Shown: one piece after another, positions 52,657-64,000 of the stretch
How positions within the stretch are numbered: the stretch's first letter is position 1
How the letters are laid out: every line of letters begins with the position of its first letter
Assembly: GCA_010909165.1 (NCBI GenBank)
Contig: MU008199.1
Span: 645,425 to 709,424 of the forward strand
Direction: 5' to 3'
DNA: 64,000 bases
From: Anthoceros angustus
Taxonomy: Eukaryota; Plantae; Anthocerotophyta
Position numbers and translations under genes: made by a program
The notes under the pieces: model-generated
What the model was told of the DNA's origin: nothing
Database searches by the model: none
The model's input: the letters and a program-made list of their open reading frames with translations, nothing else

Positions 52657-55600
52657 TGTGAGGCCTGGAGGGTGTATCCTGCAGGGGTTAGACAGTGACC
52701 CCTGGTGCGCTTCGTCTCAGCCCTTATTGTTAAGTTTAGTAAGGTTACATAACCCTAGCCAATAGTCGGTGAGTTAGGCTAACCTAGCTCGTTAAGCGAG
52801 CGATCTGACCCTACGAAGGTGCGGGTCCCCCTAGGGCCCCTAACCTATGATTTTCTAATCTTTTCTAATTCATGCTTCCGCTATTTTCATACATTAGGAA
52901 AGTTCACATGGTATCGAGCCAGGCTCCACTAAGGCTGCGTAGGAAGGCGCCATGGGTGGCCCATGGCCCTACCCTCCTTGTTATTTCTTTCTCTCACTCG
53001 GATTAGTCGCGAGGATTAGTCCTCTTGTTGCGGGGAGGAGAAGGAAAAAAAAACTAGTATCCTATGTCTCTAGGATAGGTAGCTTTGTTTTTCCCTTTCC
53101 CAAAGACCGCACCATCAAGAAAAAACAACAACAACAAAAAATCAGATGCACCGTCCCCACTCGTACTAATCCATACTAGGCGCTCATAGCGGAGTTTCGA
53201 TGGGAGCCTCGCCACCGCCCCTCACCTCCACTTGAGAGCAATTGCTTTAGTTTTCATATATCTAGCGACATGCGTGCATGGGCTTAAAAAAAAAAATTGT
53301 TCATTTCTTCTTTTGTTCCTCGCCGCTTCCGCCGATTGACCCCAACACGCGAGCGAGGAGGGCCTCATCACGGATCTGCAATAGGCCCTGAGGCCGACCA
53401 GAGGGGGCGCCGATCCGTGACTTCTAAGAATCGGGAGAAGACGCGCGAGCACGACCCCCGAATTCACTAGGAGAACCGCTTTCTCCTCCAAAGATCTTTG
53501 GAGGCAATCCAACAATTGCAAGCAAGCACCGGGCGGAGGCGCCAAGATCGATCCTCCGCCTCGCCACGGATGGAGGAATTCCCACCCTCAACCCGAGAGG
53601 AGCAGCGGCACGCCAGATCCGACCCGCTGAGTTCGGCGGGGCGCCTCCTCATCCAGACCGAACTGACGGGCGCAGCGGGTGGATCTCCCGGACGAGACAC
53701 GCCCACTCGCATCCCAACGGCGAGAGAAGGAGCACGGGATCGCGCCGTGGATCGCAATCCGGGAGCGCCATGTGGATCGCAATCCGCCCCAATCTTGGGA
53801 TTGGGTGTGCAGCTCAGATTGAGGAGGGCGCGATCCCCACTGTGCAAGGCGAGACGTTCGCTGTGGGAGTGTGCAGAGCGGCACGAACGGAGGCCCCGAG
53901 CGCCGCGAGGCCGCGAGCCCCGAGAACCGCGTGGACGCGGCCGAGGCACGGCGCCAGCGCGCCAAGACCGAGGGGGCGCGCCCGGCGGGGCGCCTGCTCG
54001 TGCCCGGAGGCCGACCGAACTGCGCCCTGCACCGAAGCGGCAGTTTCACCCGCCCCTTATCTTTTATTCTTCCGCAAAACTCAGACGGACGCGCCAACAG
54101 AGATCGAACCCGCGACCACCGGCGGAAGCACCAACCACTACACCAATTCAGAAATGAAGGTGTTCCGATAGTTAAATGGTTTTGGTAGAAGTATAAAGGC
54201 AAACACCAGGGGATATCTGCAATTCAATAACAATTGATTTCATGTGGAGGGATGCACAGCAGAGCTCCTATCCAAACTGGGAGTTAAGCACCCTAGTGCT
54301 CGATTAGGGCCAAGACGGGAACCTTCGTCAAGAAAAGAAGAAGAAGAAATAAAGGAAGAAAAGAGGAAGCAAGCATGAGCTAAAAGGAGAAGAAGGGAGG
54401 GAGAAACCAACAAAAGAAGAAGAAAAGAAGACACAACAAGGGAGAACTCTCAGAAGAAATCAAGAGTAAGCCGAGAGGGATACTCACTTCCTCCGAGATA
54501 TCCTGTGGGCACTTATGGAGGATGGACCCTTGAGCTCGTGTAACCATGATGGCGTGAGGTGGGCACTCTAGGCTATTACACCGCCCGCGACGAGCTCATG
54601 GATCCGTCCACCGTCGCGCCAACAGGAGCCGGAGCGAGCCAAGATCGCCTAGGCCCGCTCTTTATGACCACAAGTTACAACTCCCTTGTGGACCAGCCGA
54701 TCCAGTAGCTTGAGCTCACTCTCTTTGAACACGCCAACGAGGATGGCCAGCAGGACTCGACTTTCGGTGCCATACCCATCTTCACCGACCACATCAAGGA
54801 GAAAGACCGTTCAACGCAAGATTATCCAAGATGGCGAGTCCGGATGAAGTCGACCTCATCTCGCGGCGCTTGAAGATAGTTGACCAGCCACCCAAAGCGA
54901 CCCCACTACAACTCCTCCTCTCCGCAGCAGAGCATCGAGAAGTGGAATACGAATGGAATTGCAGTGGCACTCGATCGGATTGACTCAAGCCTGTGCCCGT
55001 GGAGTTCCTTACGGAGGCTTCGCCATCCGGGACCAGCTATCAAACACGCATAACGCTAACAATGTTCTAACCTTGTACAAGGCGACATGTGAATTCAACG
55101 CCTCAAGATGAAGGAGCCGACACGGTGGCGGCTCACACATCTAAGTTCCTATGAGGGCTAGCCTCTCTCGGCTCAACGATGACCGAGGCTGACGCCGCCG
55201 CTCAACTCCTAATGAGTCTCCCGGATTCTTACCATCATTTCGTCACCAGCCTGATGCTGATGGCGACCCGCGGCACCACCGGCTCAACCTCCTCTCCGAG
55301 CTGGAGGACATCATCGGCCCAGACGTTAGGAGGCCACCCGCCCGCCTCGCAGAGGGTCCAAGCCCGATGCAGACAGAGCGCTTCCACCCGCTTGCCCGGA
55401 GGAATTCGAAGGGCAAGGCGAATTTCACCCCTAAAGGTGACTCAACCTCTGCGCCTCCTCGCCGAGCCGGGAACTGCAATTGGTGCGGAGCTGCCGGCCA
55501 TTGGGCACGAGAGTGCCGCAAGAAAGAGGCCGGAGAGCCGCAGAACGCCGACCTGCGTCAGGCAGCCAGCGTTGCAGTTTGAGGGAACGCCAACACAGTG

Positions 55601-55753
55601 AAGGCAAGGACCGTGAAGATACTTGCGGTTTGCCTCAACACCCAGGTGCATTAGGATGCGGGGTGGTACCTGAACAGTGGAGCCATCGCCCACATATGCA
55701 ACCCATCATACTCTATTCACCAAGCCGACACTGTGACCAAGGAGAGAGTGTTA
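52657..55753 (+). mobile_element. Ty1/copia element 4, 5' part (LTR, PBS, long leader, gag-protease), interrupted by CACTA 2
   Basis: LTR TGTGA..TTCACA at 52657-52908 and PBS TGGTATC(A)GAGCCAGG at 52909-52923. Gag LLMSLPDSYHHFVTSL, knuckle CNWCGAAGHWAREC and protease WYLNSGA..H. Confidence 0.85.
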
Positions 55754-58700
55754 CACTACTACAAAACATATGGCTTTTAACGCAAAATATAATGTAACAA
55801 TGACGCATAGTGGCCCGGAATCACGTGTGGTCCTTTTAGCCAAAGCGTTATAAAATACATTATAATGAACTCGATATTCTTTTTAACGTGGCAACCTTAC
55901 CGGTTGCCATGGAATGCCCGGGTGGTGGCAAGTGTTATCCGGCAGATGCCTATAACCGGGTATATGGTATGGGCGGCCAGGACGGGTCCCTGGGCCACCG
56001 TGGGTTGCTCAGGCCTGCTAGGGCGGTGACGGGCACCGCCCCGCCCGACCATAGAATCTCGGTCACCGGGCTGCACCTGCTTTCCTCTTCCGCTACCGGG
56101 CGGTTGAATTCAAAAGTCGGCTTCTTGGTAAGAGCGTATTTGACCGGTTTGACCGTCCAACAACATGATGTCGCGGTTGTTCATTGGTGCGCAAACACAC
56201 TCCATGATGGGCCTTGATTGGTGAAATAGATCGAAAATGGTGGATGTTCATTGGCCGCATCCAATTCGATGCTCGACAATACCCTAGTTGGCTTTACACC
56301 GAAAACCATGCCCTTCACGCTTCAAGACCGCATCGATTGAATGTGTCCGATGCTTTCAACCGGATTTGAAATTTGAGCGGGTTTCTACAAGCTCATTTAT
56401 GCATTGATTAAACTATAATATTTGTTTAGGTAAATTAATAATTACATGAAATCGTGATTACGGTAAACCGTACACGCCCACACTAATCCACGCTCACTAG
56501 TTCTATGCATACCGAGAAAGCGAAATGGTGGCTCGCCTTCGACCTCTTCATGCGCCCGCCTCCTTCCCTCCCATCACGCTTGCGCGACTTTGGTTACCTC
56601 CTTCCAAGCGGCAATGTGTGGTGCATTGGCCCGTCTCGGTCATTGACATCCCCTTCGTAAACGGATGTTGACATGGATGGCGAGCGCAAAGCCTTTAAAT
56701 TACGCTCAAGTTCTAACGAATGGATGTAAGTGCTAGCATGTCGTCACTCCTTACTTCCTCCGCCTTTCTCAGTATCGATGCCCCTCTACATTCGCAAGGG
56801 GAATCAAGCATCGCACTGCACATGCCCCAAACTAGATATCGATATGACCCCTCAAAAATACTAAGCTTCTCCACGACTTCATAGTGACACGTAAATTAAA
56901 GCGACATGATGGTCTCGTCAACGCCATGCTCAATTGATTTTTTCGCCTCCCCAACCCCAAGCAAGATTGCCTACCTTTCCTCTCATCGCACTCCGTGTGA
57001 TCCGCTTGTTGGGATCCGGTGGTGGAGGAGATGGAGTCCGTGTGTCCAACTCCTCGCAGCACCTAGTTCGTCATCCGAATGGGAAGCCACTCTCGGCGCA
57101 TCCGCAAGTCCAATGAGTAGACTCATGCATGAGCACATAGGCGAGCCAACGGATTGCATTAAACATGAAACGGTGATTGCTTACTTCCACACCTTCCTTC
57201 GCTAGAGAGGCACGGAAAGCTTCAATGTCTTCCATTCCATGCTCCACCGCCCACGCTTCAGTGTGGGCATCTTGTGGAACTTGTGGTAAAAACTTCAAGT
57301 CCGTGGCCCCCTCGTCCATAGGGGTTGCACTGCACCTTCATACTTAGCCACCCGGGCCTCGCCTTCATTTGTTGTGCCCTTGGCCACTCACCGTTGTTTT
57401 GATCAAGCACCGCACCGAAGCCCGCACCCACGCCTCTTTGGACACATTACGGCGCAAATGTTTTCGTAATCACCACGTCTCCAAATCCGCTAGCCTAACT
57501 TCACCGGCTAGGCGTAATGAATTTTGGTCCGAGACCGGGAGAATTGCTTGTTGATGAAATCTCGGTTAGTAATCGGGAAAACTCTCGAATGATGTCAACG
57601 AGTTGGCGCAGCTCCGGTGAATGCTCCGACCATGGTTTCAGAAAGTCATACGTGTGTGCACTAGCTCGAGACTCGTCAAACAGACGCCTTGCCATCAACT
57701 TCCCAAACATATCATCCTAGCTACTTTACTGGGCATGTCGCATCCTCACTACACCCGCCTCGCCTCCGCCAAAACCGTGGCCTCCCATGCAATTTCACAC
57801 AAGTCCCGAGCACATCTTCAAGAGGCCAGTGTGTGCACTCTCCCTCCGCCGCCTTCGGCTACCGCCATTAGGGAGGAACGTTGCTTCCACATGTGTTCAA
57901 ATGTCCCGGCTCAAACTCGCCCATAGCTCCTCCACGACCAAACCATCCAACCTTGGTGTCGCCGGCACAACCAGCCGTCTCCAGCTGCGGTGCCTTGACC
58001 CGCATGGACCGCAATCATCGAGGTGCACCCGACCCTCCTCACTGATTCTCCACCCATGATAGGAGCCCTCCTCCGATCTCCACCCACTCATGGGCCATGT
58101 CCGATTAGACGAGAAATCCCTACAAGATACCACACAAACCAGAGAAAAATGACTTGTTTGCTCAAGAAGAGGTAGTAGTCACAAATGAGAGAGATGCCTC
58201 ACAATTGAGCCTCCGTGGAGGCGATGAATGACAATTGGTGGTGCTGCCACCTATGACGCATCGCATTGTCCGCCTCCCCATTTGTATGAGTGGCTCGCCC
58301 GTGGCAAATCCTCGCTGAACCCGATCAGGCCATGTTTTGACCCCAATCCCGACGCCACGCCCCCACCTTAACCCCTTCTCCACTGCTTCGCTAGTTTCTT
58401 CCACAGCGCCATCGTCCAAAGACACAACACGCCTCGCACCCCTGCAAAGACACAACACGCACTAAGTCGAACATTCATGGTTAGAACCCCGTTGCACGTA
58501 CTCCCCACACGCCATCTGTCATGGCACGATTCAAAAGCCACGGCCCCGCATTTCCGCCGCCCAGCTTCATTGCGACATCCCGCCAGCGCTCATCGCGCCC
58601 TCCCTATCCGCTTGTTTTGCCCGCCGCCTAAGGCTATCGCGTCTTCCCTATCGCGTTCCTCCCTATCCGCTTGTTTTGCTCGCCGCACCATGGTGCGCGC

Positions 58701-61700
58701 ACTCACCTCTATCGACATCAAGCATTGCACCATCCCTTTTCCCTCCTCACATCGATCGCCGCAAATGTGTTCGCACATGTGATGATCCGACAAAGGCCGC
58801 CATAACAGCCGAGCTGTGCATCTGGCACGCCTTCGGCGTGGGTACTTTCACGTTTGGTGGGGGCCGCTAAGGCCACCATCAACCCTATGCCGACTACAAA
58901 ATCGCCATCGCCATGACCGGTGGTGATGGCAATCGTGCTGACCGTTTGGGTGCCTCCTTGACCAAGGCACGAAACGATTGGCGATAGTACCGCATGATAC
59001 AATGCCAATCATGGCTCTTGAGTCCTAAGCATTTTGGCCCCGCAAAGCACGAATTCAAGTTAGCCCCAAGCCGTAGGTGGTCTCATTGCATATCTCATCC
59101 TTCACCGCTTGAAGATCATCCGCTTCAAGACATAAGAGCCTCGCAAATGCAACATGTCGCCCTCCTCCACCGCCACAACCATGGCTTGGAATCGCTTTGT
59201 CTCCATATCTAAACGGGTTGCAATGGTGTCACTCGACCGTCAAAATTCCCCATATGGCCTTGGCATTGTTCACTTCTACATGCATTACATCCTTTGCCCA
59301 TAGCTTGTGTATGTGGGTAAGATAAGGCGTAGGATCGATGACCTACTACTCCACACTCTGGTGTTCCTCCTTTCGTGCATCAGCCAATGCATTTCAAGAG
59401 AACTTAACACTGCGAAGTGGAGGGCGTGGCGCATTTCGCATCTATTATCGAAGCATCGATCCAAATGACCGGCGGGTGTCGGCCAGGTTGCTACACCATC
59501 GCCGGGCACCAATGTACAGCATTTTGTCTAAGTCTGCTGACCGGCGTGGCTCTAGGCCTATACCAGATCAATACGGAGTGACCCGGACTTGCGGTGCCAA
59601 GCAAATTTCCCATCGGGATAATCACATGTTGCAACCACCGGTCTTTGCGAAGCTTGAAAAATCTTTCGGTATCATCAATTGGCTTGGAAGTCCTCACAAT
59701 CCACACCTACCCATACATGATTCCGCAACCAATGGTTGCAAGTACCGTCCATGTTTGGCACGCTTGGGTCCCGGAATCACCATAGACATCAAAATCGTTC
59801 CTTTTTGGTGGATAGCCGGTGGAAGGTTTTGGATGACCGATGCGGCCATATTGAGTTGGAGCATGATCGATGGCGACGGGTTGAGGCCGTACATAGATAG
59901 AGTCGAGCGTTCTATCGTCGGCACCAAAATTTTCCACGCCATCAAGAGCAACCCAGGTGTCCCATAATCCGCATCTTACCATCCCGACTTGATTGTGTAC
60001 CAAGTCATATCTAGCCATGGCGGGCACCAAGATCCTCCTAAGGCGTTCCACCAAAGGGAAGTGGAAGTATGACTTCGCGGAACCTTGTGTCGCCAACGGA
60101 TCGTATCGAGGCTCGCCACAAAACAAGTTCAATTCCACGCAAGCGGCCCCCAAAACACACAACAATCCTTCACATGCATCTATACGGTTACAACTCTGCC
60201 CACCTTCATAAGAATGTGACTTGCAGCTTGTCGTGATTGGGGTAGAATTTAGGCGGGGAGCATCGCTAACCACCTTGAACACATCGGTGATACTATCTCG
60301 ATAAGTTGTGTCTCTCACTTGCGCTCCAAGGGCAAGCGTGCACGACAACCGATCTGAGTCGCTGATGCATGCCCCATCTATGACAAACAAAGGTTTTGAG
60401 GCCTCCTCAGACAGCGATTGATGCCATTGATCGGGGACAGAGGATACAAAACCGTGCAAAGGTGGACCATTGCCCCTGCCATCTCGGGCATGGTCAATAG
60501 GTGGCTCCTGGTATTGAGTGTCGTGGCCTGGACTCTGGTGCAGCAACTGTGGACCATCTACGACGGTTTCGTCACCCACCGGTATCGGCCCTACATTGCG
60601 CACCTGAGCCCTCCCAACAGCCCCCAGTTGTGGATATTCGAATATGTGGAATAACTCCAAGGCCGTGTCGCGCACGATCTACGTTTTCATCTGATCCAAC
60701 AAGCGCCGGCCCTTGAAGATAGTCACTTGGTGGCGTCCTACAAGAGATTCAATGGTGTGTTAGAAGCGGATGCATACGCTAAGCGTGCCAGATGCAATGG
60801 TGTGGTAAAGATGTGATCGTGGAATTCATGGCAAACCTCGTGCGCTATGATGTCCGAGTGCACGGAATGGGCGGCGCGATGTGCGCCCTCACGGATGCTC
60901 ATTACCAATGCAATCGGGACATGGGCGGCCTCGCAATTGCGGTTGCGGACGGGACCATCGGAATCCATGTTCGCGCCCGACTTAGTGAGGTTGTTCCGCA
61001 TCTAACATTTAGACTAACGTCAAAGGGTTCGAGGCTAGATGGGCCAGGGCCATTGCCGTGTTAGAACGGTCATCACGCTCGCGAATTTGGGCGGAACATG
61101 GCTAGAACGGGCCTCACGCCCGTGTTCCTTCGACTGTGCATGCGATTGCAAATTATAGTACCACAGTGTGGCGCCCACAGGCTGTCGTCGGTACCAATGC
61201 CGATGATATGTACCTAGCCTTGAGGGTGCAAAAACCTTGGCGATGGTTACGCTCGACCTCGGCGGCATCAAAGTGTGCGACATCTTGAAGCTCACATGCG
61301 CGGTTCTGGCAGGGGTGCTTTAACAATTCAGCATCGGCCTTGCCAGTTGCGGACTCGGGGAATGGCAGCGGCCGCAGCAATGCGAGGATGGGCCAATCCC
61401 AATCGCCCGATGCCGCGTTCATTCCTGATTGGACACGTGACATGGACCTTGTGAGCGTGCGCGAGTCTAGTTCATCGCGGCCGAAGGCCGACGGCCATCG
61501 CCGGAGTGAACCCCTTGTGGCGTGGGAGCATGCTCCTCACCTCGGCGGAGATTACGTCGTGCACGAGGCCTTGGCGGATGAGGTCGAGGTTCCCGTATGG
61601 ACTCCGGGCGTGGTATTGGTGCAAATTGGAGGGCGCCATCGACCGATGGAGAAGCACTATCACATCACATCTCGGCAATGATGATGCGGGACCACGCCAT

Positions 61701-64000
61701 TGCGCTCCATCGCCGCGGTGCAAGCAATGTCCAAGTGGTGGGTTGGATGTGCATCGAGGTTGGGGCAAGGCATGGTGGAAGAGCCAAGGAATTGGGCATG
61801 TTGTGGCCGATGTGGTAGAGGCCGAGGGCGTCACACATCTCTTGAACATCCCAATTGTTCTTGAGGTCGGGACCCCGTGAGCAAGATGTTTTTGTCCCAC
61901 TTGACAAGTTTGGCGATGGTTATCGACACGAGCCACCTTTCGGCGGGACCCAAGGCCAAGGCATCGGTACAGCACGGCCGGTTGGAGACCATGCGGTGAA
62001 GGAAGCCTACTTGAGGCGGAGATCCAGGACCTCGAGGCTCACTGTGGGGCCAAAATTCGAGGTTCGCTCTGTTGGCCCACCGTGGATCCCAAGCGTCTGG
62101 TTGTGTGGACAGGCCTCGTCCCTCCATGGAATTCATCAGCGCCGCAAGATCGTCCGGTCAATGAAGATTGTGTCCATGGAGGTTGATATGCATCGGGCAT
62201 CACCACCTTTTCTCGCATGCCCTTCATTTACAACGATCGAGGCCTTTGTGTGCTATTCGATTTTATGTCTAATAGCGAGTGCATTCGAGGTGCTCGAGCT
62301 TGCAATGCCATCGTGAGGACACACGCATTGGTAGCCGGAAGGTTCGATGGTTCTTGGCAAGACATATGCATTCATCTTTGAGCCTCGGACATTGCGGATT
62401 GTGGTAGTGGACGGCTGGCATGGAGATCGAGGTTTTTTCAAGACGAATACACATGTGTAGCGGCATGAGGCATTAGGCAATTTTGGAATTGTGTTTTGTG
62501 AGACGGACTTGGAAGTTTGACATGCCTAGTGATGGCTTTTTGGGCTTGGACATGACGGTGTGCAAGCTTGGGGACTACATTTTGTGTTCACATCAAAAAG
62601 TAACCCTCATACTCGTACACTCATGTGCGGTGGTAGATAAAGCACTCGAAAAGGGTGACCAACGCGTTCGACCTTGCTACCGCTTGTCCTTTTAGAAGTT
62701 ATAGAACATCAAGCGGGCTAGGGGCAAACCGAGTTCAAACCACAACTCGGCATAGTTCGTTCCCTTAAGCATGCCCGTTGGTGGCCCTCAACCCGTTCCT
62801 ATGGTGCTAGCAGGACATGGCCTCCGGATCTGATAACTGCAAGCTACTTGGCCCATATGGCACATTGCCATGCCCTCCGGTGTAACACAGCTACTTGGCC
62901 CATGTGGCCGCCATGCCCTCCGGACACCGTGACATTGGCTACTACTTTGCAACAACACGCATGCTACACGAAGGGACACGGTACAACAACCCGGTGCGCG
63001 CTACCAACCTGCTTTGGGTGAGCGAAATTTATCCGGTTACAAAGGGCGTGAACAAGATTTATCCGGTCAAAAGGGCAAATGTATCACGAGGACACGTTAT
63101 TATGCTTACGGTGGAGTGTGACGTCCATGACCATTCACGTTATAATCAAGTATGCCGTTATTATTTTATAACACCAATATCACGAGATCTTGCTTTCGTG
63201 ATATATGGTGCGTTAAAAGCCATATGTTTTGTATAGTGTTACTTGGTGATGAGCAGGCAACCCAGCCAATCATGGGACAGCACTTGCAGAACTTCCTCAA
63301 AGGATGGTTCAAGGTAACTTACCTTGGAGCTGTGCTCCCCATTATGACGGCGAACTTTGGTGTCTATGACTCAATTTCAAGAAGGAAGGCGATCTCGAGA
63401 TGCTTGCTTCCAAGGAGTCATGTCGCTTTCAGGACAACAAATCGACTTGGGCCTCTTCACACCGTGCCTCAAGACGAGCATGTGCTCTCATTTGATAAGA
63501 ACGCCGAAGCGTGTTTGTAAACACAAAACATTGATTGATTAAAATGAGAGTAAATCCTCTTTAAGTACAAAGCGAATGTGACTCTTGAGTTAAACTAAAT
63601 AACCTATTGTTAAGTCCATATAAAGCATGTTAGGTTTTTCTATCCTTAACACTCCCACTAAAAACAACCACGATTTATACAACCTTGGCCGGAGCCTTTG
63701 GTAATCCTGTGAACTATTACCCTACCTAACGGACGTACTCTTCTTGAACACGGCATGGACCTCGGCGCCATCTACTTATGCTTGCATCCTGCTCTTGAGT
63801 AATCTGGCAAGCTCAAGATGAAGACCCGCTCGAGTGCATCCGGGCGCAAGTCCCTGCTTGACCCCGGCTGTCGGCATGAAAAGAAAGCTGCGGAAGAGGA
63901 GGAAAAGCAGGGGCCTCTGTTACCGCGGCCCGGCAACACACTGGCCGATGCTCGCCCATCAACGCAGCGTCCTCATGTGCAAGCCCTGCCACGCCATTGC
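55754..64000 (-). mobile_element. CACTA/En-Spm element 2 with degenerate Tnp2 (Transposase_21)-like ORF; the right end was not found in the window
   Basis: CACTACTACAAAA terminus at 55754 cuts copia 4. Minus-strand YFHFPLVERLRRIL and GLNP..NLPP..MSMVIPGPK at ~59690-60100. Extent beyond ~60700 is inferred. Confidence 0.7.
62842..62925. repeat. Imperfect ~47-bp tandem repeat x2
   Basis: AGCTACTTGGCCCAT(A/G)TGGC...GCCATGCCCTCCGG occurs twice. Confidence 0.7.

Noticed and set aside
61470-63520. Possible PHD/SET or captured genes in CACTA 2
   Set aside because: Cys/His spacing is not convincing in any frame, and the sequence is too indel-ridden to support a call.

Overview
This is a eukaryotic, land-plant-type window (probably a non-seed plant; the species cannot be determined from sequence alone). 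It holds one intact host gene: a 13-exon, ~1374-aa plant SAGA-complex subunit of the ADA3-like/SCS family at 12226-18177 (+). The rest is nested transposon sequence: two CRE-clade RLE non-LTR retrotransposons flanking the gene, four Ty1/copia elements (two complete with LTRs and 5-bp TSDs), a Ty3/gypsy RT fragment, gypsy-like LTR pieces, two CACTA elements, two Sola-like DDD transposase relics and one unidentified host element. Four observations stand out. (i) Four 1.1-1.9 kb tandem duplications lie within 17 kb, each with microhomology at its junction. (ii) A structured RNA-like motif with compensatory changes is shared by two divergent LTR-like sequences. (iii) CWG (CAG/CTG) sites in TEs, but not in the gene, repeatedly lose a base, which looks like a methylation-linked base-calling footprint and means many TE frameshifts may be artefacts. 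(iv) One CRE element has a 13-bp TSD and an internal segment copied onto its 5' end. Family assignments come from recalled motifs, not database searches.
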